DNA of 64,000 bases from a virus: IMG/VR virus record IMGVR_UViG_3300034418_006037, positions 25,218-89,217 of that record. One strand, written 5' to 3'. Below the pieces are notes generated by a model. The model ran no database searches and was not told the origin of the DNA. It saw only the letters and a program-made list of their open reading frames with translations. Shown here piece by piece: positions 57,687 to 64,000 of the stretch. A program made the position numbers and the translations under genes. The first letter of the stretch is position 1. The number at the start of each line of letters is the position of its first letter.

Positions 57687-58853
57687 TCACAGTACCTTTA
57701 TCTCCGCCGTCTCATCTGCAATCTTGTTGTATTCTGCAATGATATCTTCCTTCATCTCTTCCCACTGCTCATCAGTTAGAGCAGCGTAAGACGAAGAATG
57801 ATACATACTACCGTTCACCCCAACAAGGCTGGAGTGTACGAAGTATTGCAAACAACGAATGGCACCATCCAAGGAATCAGGGATAGCACCAATATGCATT
57901 GGGTCAACGAATATATTGTGAATCTCACCAGTGTACCATGCGATGTACTTAAGGCCACCGACATGCAAACCTTCTACACAAGATCGTGAGTCGTCTGTAT
58001 TCACATTACTCCATGATGGGAGTCTGTGTGTACAACCAACTTTAATAAAGTGTTGAGGTTCTGCATATCCGTTAGCACCTTCACAGTAGAAAGCATCACC
58101 ACTACTACCCATCACTGAAGGTTCGAACAGTCTATCCTCCACAATATCTGGGAAGCCTTCACTGTCAATCTCCCCAGTATCAGGGTTGAAGGTACGCTGA
58201 TAGCGAGGAATCTCTTCCCCAGTCTCAGTGTCATACTTGTGCAGTATCTCACGAGATACTTTGAAAGCATTGACAAGACCCTCTTTGGTGATCTTAACTT
58301 GGTACATGGTAGCACGCTGTTCTGCAAGCTCTTCACTCAGACCGTGATCCTCCATCAGCTCACGCTTCAGGGTAGGATGCACATACTTCATGTCTACGAA
58401 CTCACAGAATCGCTTGGTGAAATCTTCACCTTTACCGCTCCGCAATTTCTCACGGAGTATAGGATTGCGGCACCACCGCATCCAGAGCTTAAAGAGCGGA
58501 GTAACATCAGCACCCAATGCTTCTGACTCATAGATTCTATCTACGAATGTCTTAGGCATTGCAATGTCAATGATTCCCCCGTCTTTGAACTGAACGAAGT
58601 AACGTCCCGCAGGATCCTTGTAGAGAGTAGCACCGACAAAGTCAGCTTCTATACTTCTCTCACTTAGATCCTCAGTACACAACAAAGAAAACTCAGAGAG
58701 TATCTTGTTGTATTCTTCCACAGAATCAGCAGCGTCCGCTTGATTAGCAAGCGAAACCATCTGCTCGTAGATATCCTTCTCGAATGAACGAGAGTACGGG
58801 GTGTTGCCGTAGCTGCCGGATATCAATTCACCTATCACGTTGATGCTGATCAT
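57687..58853 (-). CDS. rIIB: rIIB-like protein
   Basis: C-terminal 'CVEGLHVG..Y...VDP..I.AIP.....IRC..Y', directly downstream of an rIIA-like gene. Confidence 0.75.
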   Translation of the reverse strand: MISINVIGELISGSYGNTPYSRSFEKDIYEQMVSLANQADAADSVEEYNKILSEFSLLCTEDLSERSIEADFVGATLYKDPAGRYFVQFKDGGIIDIAMPKTFVDRIYESEALGADVTPLFKLWMRWCRNPILREKLRSGKGEDFTKRFCEFVDMKYVHPTLKRELMEDHGLSEELAEQRATMYQVKITKEGLVNAFKVSREILHKYDTETGEEIPRYQRTFNPDTGEIDSEGFPDIVEDRLFEPSVMGSSGDAFYCEGANGYAEPQHFIKVGCTHRLPSWSNVNTDDSRSCVEGLHVGGLKYIAWYTGEIHNIFVDPMHIGAIPDSLDGAIRCLQYFVHSSLVGVNGSMYHSSSYAALTDEQWEEMKEDIIAEYNKIADETAEIKVL

Positions 58854-61546
58854 AATGGTGGGTTAAAGTTATTTCTGTCTTTCAGTTTCATATATGCTTC
58901 TACTTCATCCCAGAACTCAGTTCCACGATTAGGGTAGAAGTGCACAGAATCAAACAATGCTCTGAGTGGCTCGAGGTACTCCTCCATATACATACTCAGT
59001 TGTAAGATCTCATCGTTAAAGATAGTGCAATCGATGTCAGCTACCTTAAACAGTTCCAATGACTTAGCCTTTATTTGCTCAGGGTCATCTGTTGATTCCA
59101 AGAAGACTTGCATCTCATGCATCTTCTTCATCAACCTGATGATATCCTGTGCTGCTTCAGACTCAGGTGTTAAACTGTTCTTGTAGTACTGATACTTATC
59201 GTATTGCCTAAGCTTATCGTAGACATCCCCAAACTGTGGGTCGATATGACGAAGATGACCTACCCACTCAGGTAGATTGACGAGAGATGTTCCCGTCAGC
59301 CATTGTCTAGCTTTACTGTGCATTGTCCATTTATCGTTTTCAATGATAGAGAAGAACTCGCTAATGTGCTTGGCATTGCTACCGTTTAACACTTTAGCTG
59401 TCTTTTGGGAAACTCTGAAGATTTGTATATCTGTTTGCTTTACAGCATCTACAGGAGACAATCCTTGTGGCCAACCTCCAGCCCATTTGTGGAAGCGCAC
59501 AGGATTGAATTGACTAAAGCATGGATGCCCGTCAACTGCAGTATCATTACGATACGTCATATCCCACGGTGATGCTGCTGAGTAGATATCTTCCCACCTA
59601 GGAACTTGCGGAGCACATATGGTAGCAGCTAACTTGAGCAGCGCCTCATCTTCCTTAGTACCGTAGAAAGTTTCTATGGAAGAATTCTTGATGCTGTTCA
59701 GAGGTGCTTCTACCTTATCGAATACCCAAGCCTCTACAAACGTTGAGTATTTCTCGTCTCCAGCGTGTGGCCTCCGAAGTGTGTACAGCACATCGGTACC
59801 AGCTAGCTTCCTTCTCTCTTCTGCAGACATATTAGCAAAGTGTAAGTTTGCTATAGCTGCTTCTTCCATCGCTTCTAGATTCTCTTCGAAGTCCTTGGGT
59901 ACTTCCATCTCATCGTAGTCCCACTTGATAACCTTAGAGTCTTTAATCAATTCCCAGTTGCTGTCTCTAGCCATATCAATGGCATCGAATGCAGCAAGCT
60001 GAGTCTTGGTTGCAAACTCTGGGATTACAGGGTGGTGCTCGCTGATGATGGATAATGTACCATTCTGCAGTAGGTACATGTCTTTCACCTTGGACGCATT
60101 CCCAGATACGAAGTACAGGTTATCGAAATTAACCTGACTCCATCCAGCTTCTTCTCTCTCTATCGTAACCTTCCCTCCTTTAACTACTTTGCGCACGTTA
60201 CGAACCTTGTAACCTTTGAGCAATACACTAGGTGCACCATATGCAATGTTCTTGTCACCAGGAAAACGTGGGCGCAGCTTCTCTTTATCAACGATACGAC
60301 CTAGATTAGATAGTGCGGAATTGTTATGTTGCCCTGTATAGAGAACATCTCTGCACTTTCTGACCCATGTCATAAAGTCTTTCTCATCTAACGATTCCTC
60401 GATCATATTAGTAGCGTCTTGAGCTGCCCTCTCAATAGCTTCTTGTATGAACTTCTTCGTATGGTCATTCCATATAACTTTCTCCCTCGAAGGTGTGACA
60501 TCAACGCCCTCTTGGACGATGACCTCCTCACCTGTTTCGCTGTCTTTGTACACCTGACGAGCCGGACACTTGATAGCGACCGAACCCCACAGCTGTTCCA
60601 TCTCCAGCTCTCTAAAATCCACATAGCCGTAGTTAATCCCCGTAGTGGCTCCTTGGTTCTTAACTAGCAGTATATGTGGTTTAGACCATGCATAAGATTC
60701 ACCTAGTATGAGGTTGTCAGAGTTGTACAAGACACTGTTTCCTAGTGTCTTATTACTCGTATGACCGTCCTCATACGTATAGTAAAACTTAACGTTTGGG
60801 ATGTAGCATAGCTGATCCTGTACTGCGTCAACAAACTTCATACGATTGTGACGCTTGACACCGAAGGAAACTTCAGTGTAGTTCAGCATTGCTGCATCCT
60901 GGTAGTAAACGATAGTACCATCTGATAGTACCACACTCCCGTCTGCTTCCCACTTACTGATCAGAAAGTCAGTCTTGTAGGCATAGCAGTTAAACTTGAA
61001 TAGCTTACCGTTATGTACGGTAGTTACAGTGTAGAAGTCTACTCCTGTTGAGAGTGGGACTTTTGCCCCAAGTCCGAAGGCTCCGAAGTTTTCTGCTGTG
61101 TTCCTCTTTGTCGAGAAACCCAGTTCGAGGTAACCTTCGAGTCTATTAGCGCCAATACCCACGCCATGGTCCATAACGCTAAACCGATCGCAATAACCTG
61201 TACCGTCTCGTTCATAATAGTTTACTTCGACTAGATTTTCAGAGCTAAGGTACTCTTTGTTATAATAACTAGGATTAAAGTTTGAGTCACGATACTCGTC
61301 TTCTGTACGTGTGATGTAATAGTCTTCAACTTTCTTCTCCCCGTTAATAATCTCTATAGCAATCTCCTTCTCGCGTTGTGAATCGCAGGCGTTAGTTACT
61401 AACTCACGCACAGTTGAAGCAATAGGTGTAGAGTATTGTGTGGATTGAAGAACATCAAAGACCAATTTCTCAGCGGCTTTATTGATCCGCTTTTTGACCC
61501 CCTCGGTGTTACTAACGACCGAGGTCCCAATTGTTTTGATACTCAT
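58850..61546 (-). CDS. rIIA: rIIA-like protein (N-terminal GHKL ATPase)
   Basis: 'YS.PI..VRELVTNACDS', 'DHGVGI', 'STKR...GAFGLGAK' and 'DVTPSRE'. Confidence 0.82.
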   Translation of the reverse strand: MSIKTIGTSVVSNTEGVKKRINKAAEKLVFDVLQSTQYSTPIASTVRELVTNACDSQREKEIAIEIINGEKKVEDYYITRTEDEYRDSNFNPSYYNKEYLSSENLVEVNYYERDGTGYCDRFSVMDHGVGIGANRLEGYLELGFSTKRNTAENFGAFGLGAKVPLSTGVDFYTVTTVHNGKLFKFNCYAYKTDFLISKWEADGSVVLSDGTIVYYQDAAMLNYTEVSFGVKRHNRMKFVDAVQDQLCYIPNVKFYYTYEDGHTSNKTLGNSVLYNSDNLILGESYAWSKPHILLVKNQGATTGINYGYVDFRELEMEQLWGSVAIKCPARQVYKDSETGEEVIVQEGVDVTPSREKVIWNDHTKKFIQEAIERAAQDATNMIEESLDEKDFMTWVRKCRDVLYTGQHNNSALSNLGRIVDKEKLRPRFPGDKNIAYGAPSVLLKGYKVRNVRKVVKGGKVTIEREEAGWSQVNFDNLYFVSGNASKVKDMYLLQNGTLSIISEHHPVIPEFATKTQLAAFDAIDMARDSNWELIKDSKVIKWDYDEMEVPKDFEENLEAMEEAAIANLHFANMSAEERRKLAGTDVLYTLRRPHAGDEKYSTFVEAWVFDKVEAPLNSIKNSSIETFYGTKEDEALLKLAATICAPQVPRWEDIYSAASPWDMTYRNDTAVDGHPCFSQFNPVRFHKWAGGWPQGLSPVDAVKQTDIQIFRVSQKTAKVLNGSNAKHISEFFSIIENDKWTMHSKARQWLTGTSLVNLPEWVGHLRHIDPQFGDVYDKLRQYDKYQYYKNSLTPESEAAQDIIRLMKKMHEMQVFLESTDDPEQIKAKSLELFKVADIDCTIFNDEILQLSMYMEEYLEPLRALFDSVHFYPNRGTEFWDEVEAYMKLKDRNNFNPPL

Positions 61547-61549
61547 AAT

Positions 61550-61574
61550 GAAAAGCCCCTAACTAGTAGGGGCT
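61550..61574 (-). terminator. Stem-loop over the endonuclease stop codon (weak terminator/regulatory hairpin)
   Basis: On the - strand: AGCCCCTA-CTAGT-TAGGGGCT then TTTCATT-ATG. Confidence 0.5.
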
Positions 61575-62032
61575 ATAATTTCTAGGATTTTCTGTACTGT
61601 CTCGATGTTCTGCTTCTGATTCCTCGGTACAAATAGCACCGGAGGATTCTCGCGTTCCATCAACAACTTCTTGAACATCTTCCACTTAAGTGGGAAACGC
61701 TCGTTAGCATAGCCCTTACACTCTATTATCCATCGACCTTGTGGGTCAACAAAGTCAGGAGTGTAAGTAATGTCTCGGACTTTATACTTCTGTTTGTCCA
61801 AGTATCCAGTTTTACCGTTGTCCTCATAAGAAGCAGCTTCATAGTAAAAGCCTTCGAGCAGCACAAACTTGTGCTTCTCGTAGTCAGACTTGATGCCTGC
61901 TTCTTTGAGTTGTCTGTAACAGTGGGCTTCTAGCTGAGAACGAAACTTTATTCCGTCAACCTCTTTCGCTTTCGCGTTCCGTACTCTGCTCCTTGAATTC
62001 CGTGCTCCGGTTCTCCTTCCCCGTGATGACAT
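61559..62032 (-). CDS. PD-(D/E)xK endonuclease (DUF1064 / endonuclease I-like)
   Basis: 'DGIKFRSQLE', 'YTPDF' and 'IIECKG'. Confidence 0.82.
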   Translation of the reverse strand: MSSRGRRTGARNSRSRVRNAKAKEVDGIKFRSQLEAHCYRQLKEAGIKSDYEKHKFVLLEGFYYEAASYEDNGKTGYLDKQKYKVRDITYTPDFVDPQGRWIIECKGYANERFPLKWKMFKKLLMERENPPVLFVPRNQKQNIETVQKILEIIAPTS

Positions 62033-62987
62033 TCCTTGCTGTATCTAGTCCATGATCTCTAACTAGGTCAGAGATATCCTTACTGCGATAATACGAAGGA
62101 ATAACTAGATTAGTAAGGTTGTACTCACGACAGATTTTCTCCCCCATCTCTTGCCCTGCATTACGCTTCTTATCGAAGTCGTTATCATACAGTACAATTA
62201 CTTCTTTGAAGCGGGCTTTCGCTTCGGTGATAGTTTCTTGTAACGGCATGAGCATCTCCGACTGAAGAGCGAAGGCGGGGAAGTCAAGCACTCGAAGGCA
62301 CATGATATCCTTAAGGGAACTTGTGAGAAATACAGTCTCACCACTCCTAGGTAACTGTTGATACCCCTGCAAGCAGTGAGCACCCACGTTAGAAGCCCAT
62401 TTAAAATCTGTTTCAAGAGGACGGTAAATCTTATAACCGCAGTCAAACCTGTAACGATAACTGATACTAGTGCACGAAAAACGCTGTTCATTAATCCAAT
62501 AGTGTGTGATAGGGAGCACATCAAATTTAGACAGAACAGATTTATCAATAGCAAACTGTGACCAGAAATCCAAGTCAGACTTTTCCCAGTCTCTTGTACG
62601 AACTTTTATCTTCGCCGGTCTTTTCTCTCTGATCTCCTTCTCCAGCTTTCTAACAGGAACGCGCATGCGACTGCCAGCGCTGAGCCCGAGACCAAAGTTC
62701 CGATCAATATGTCGTAGGGTATCATAAAAACTAAGGTTGTATTTGTATCCAATATAGCTGAAACAATCGAAGCTGTGTTCAGGACAACCAAAGTCTTTAT
62801 ACCAGAGTCTACCCCCGTACTGAGTGATAGAGACTGTAGGGTTGTTATCTTCACGAAGGTCGCTCTTAAACTTCTTGTTTGGTTCTTCGAAGTGAGAGCA
62901 GAAATACTGAAAGATCTGATACTCAGAGACTTTCTCTAGTATCGTATCCTTATTAAGTACATCTTCGCTTTTTCTTGACTGTATCAT
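61956..62987 (-). CDS. dnaG: DNA primase (crAss-type DnaG/TOPRIM)
   Basis: 'S.LRED.NPT', 'YKDFG', 'KIYRP', 'TSSLKD', 'YDND' and 'KDISD'. Confidence 0.85.
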   Translation of the reverse strand: MIQSRKSEDVLNKDTILEKVSEYQIFQYFCSHFEEPNKKFKSDLREDNNPTVSITQYGGRLWYKDFGCPEHSFDCFSYIGYKYNLSFYDTLRHIDRNFGLGLSAGSRMRVPVRKLEKEIREKRPAKIKVRTRDWEKSDLDFWSQFAIDKSVLSKFDVLPITHYWINEQRFSCTSISYRYRFDCGYKIYRPLETDFKWASNVGAHCLQGYQQLPRSGETVFLTSSLKDIMCLRVLDFPAFALQSEMLMPLQETITEAKARFKEVIVLYDNDFDKKRNAGQEMGEKICREYNLTNLVIPSYYRSKDISDLVRDHGLDTARNVITGKENRSTEFKEQSTERESERG

Positions 62988-63034
62988 GATGAGTATTGGG
63001 GGAGAGCATCTTGTCCTACTCTCCCCCTCATCAT
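62986..63034 (-). promoter_or_regulatory. Extended RNA hairpin between the SSB-like gene and primase
   Basis: 62998-63006 GGGGGAGAG pairs with 63019-63027 CTCTCCCCC. After a 5-nt bulge, 62986-62992 pairs with 63028-63034. Confidence 0.65.
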
Positions 63035-63789
63035 CAACTCCAAGGATCGTCAGCCTCTACGGCTGCCGGCTCCTCTTCGTTGGGTGCTACTACATTAGGT
63101 GTGTACCGTTGCAACTGAAGGTCAGAGTTGTACTCAGCGTTAAAGGTACCATATTCATCGTTCAATCTTCTGACGAAGATATCATCACGCTTTGGCTTGA
63201 GTCTTCCGAAGCACTTGTTGTACACCTGCTGGTACTTACCGTCTTTGACACCGAGCATGACTCGGAGCTTGTTGTCGGAAAGAGAGGTAACAAGCTTCTT
63301 GAGTTCCTCAACCTTACCACTGAAGATATCATCAACGGTATCGAAAGCACACTCACCATCGTTAGGTATGTTAGCCCACGCTTTGACGAAGTCAATGAGA
63401 ACTTCCTCACCCGGATAAGTACGACGTACACCTTCAGATTTGAACCAGTCCGGAGCTGAACTAGGGTCTTTTGCCCAAGTAACCTGACCGTAATTGTTGG
63501 TGATTTGGAACTTACCTGTTGCTGATTCCTTACGATGCTTGTCACCGATGAGGATCTCGAGTCTGGTGGTGAAGTTATGTTCGTCATTGTGCAGCCAGAA
63601 TGCAAGCTTACCCGTCTTATCACCCATATCGACAGAGTATGTAGGCTCTGTCTTCATGTTGACACCGATGGAAGCTAGCTCACCCAAGTTAGGGTTGACT
63701 GCCACAACACGCACAGGTGCGATACCAGTAAACAGTGGGATACCCCCACCAGCTACTTGTACGTCAGAGGAGTTTGATTGAATTGCCAT
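63034..63789 (-). CDS. Putative single-stranded DNA-binding protein (crAss-type)
   Basis: 'TG...V.VVAVNP...EL' N-terminus and an acidic SSB-like tail 'EEEPAAVEADDPWS'. Adjacent to primase. Confidence 0.6.
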   Translation of the reverse strand: MAIQSNSSDVQVAGGGIPLFTGIAPVRVVAVNPNLGELASIGVNMKTEPTYSVDMGDKTGKLAFWLHNDEHNFTTRLEILIGDKHRKESATGKFQITNNYGQVTWAKDPSSAPDWFKSEGVRRTYPGEEVLIDFVKAWANIPNDGECAFDTVDDIFSGKVEELKKLVTSLSDNKLRVMLGVKDGKYQQVYNKCFGRLKPKRDDIFVRRLNDEYGTFNAEYNSDLQLQRYTPNVVAPNEEEPAAVEADDPWS

Positions 63790-63998
63790 TAGTCTTGTAT
63801 TTCAGATTGGTTGTCTTCAGTTTTTGGATCTTGAGTATCGTCAATCAAGGTAACACGGATAGTCTTGTACGTCTTCACACGTAGACCTTTCAGCTTCGGG
63901 TGAGAGAATATATCCTTCGCCTCTGCTATTGTCAGTCCATACTTCTTCCTGATTTCATCACGAGTCATCCCATCCTCTTTGAGGTGCTTGATGAGCTG
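63789..63998 (-). CDS. Small HTH-like DNA-binding protein (5'-truncated; not in the ORF track)
   Basis: Manual translation gives QLIKHLKEDGMTRDEIRKKYGLTIAEAKDIFSHPKLKG...EIQD*. The stop overlaps the next ATG (TAATG). Confidence 0.6.
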   Translation of the reverse strand, partial: QLIKHLKEDGMTRDEIRKKYGLTIAEAKDIFSHPKLKGLRVKTYKTIRVTLIDDTQDPKTEDNQSEIQD

Positions 63999-64000
63999 CG

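Noticed and set aside
1796-61574. Shared ACTAGT at the apex of two hairpins (~1808 and ~61562) as N4-like hairpin promoters for the virion RNAP
   Set aside because: There are only two instances, the stems differ, both follow stop codons, and CTAG is common here, so coincidence is likely.
55012-63781. + strand ORFs within the replication module (e.g. 62986-63459, 55012-55290)
   Set aside because: They are antisense to well-supported genes and have implausible composition.
1-64000. Genome-wide stop-codon reassignment (TAG or TGA), as in some Crassvirales
   Set aside because: Very long ORFs tile the window under the standard code with tight TAATG/ATGA junctions, and no genes are fragmented.
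1-64000. tRNA genes, CRISPR arrays or IS elements
   Set aside because: Intergenic gaps are all about 50 nt or less, and no cloverleaf, spaced direct repeats or transposase was seen.

Overview
This window is about 64 kb of a crAss-like bacteriophage (Crassvirales-type) genome, read in the standard genetic code. The host is probably a Bacteroidota, plausibly an aquatic flavobacterium; this is inferred from TAnnTTTG-type promoter boxes, A-rich leaders without Shine-Dalgarno sites, and GCTD/dockerin-like modules. The + strand (1-55061) is the virion module. It runs from ring, auxiliary capsid and tail-hub-like genes through a 2179-aa Cys-rich protein, a large cluster of fibre/spike genes with two chaperone-like paralogues, holin-like genes, a metallophosphoesterase, an IHF-like gene, tail tubular and muzzle (tail stabilisation) genes and basic cargo proteins, to a single 5515-aa virion RNA polymerase polyprotein (DFDVD motif, two HExxH zincins). 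The - strand (55092-64000) is a replication/repair module: Nmad1/DUF1599-like, UNG, 5'-3' exonuclease, rIIB, rIIA, endonuclease, primase and SSB-like genes. The two modules converge on a bidirectional terminator. The most promising leads are (1) a recurring K-A-Q-x-G-G-type motif that delimits small modules in several basic proteins, suggesting a capsid-targeting or polyprotein-processing code; (2) host-surface-like GCTD repeats and a dockerin-like loop in virion proteins; (3) the polyvalent RNA polymerase polyprotein; and (4) RNA hairpins at replication-gene junctions, one containing the window's only TAG stop, which is in frame with rIIA. All family assignments come from motif recognition and synteny, not database searches.
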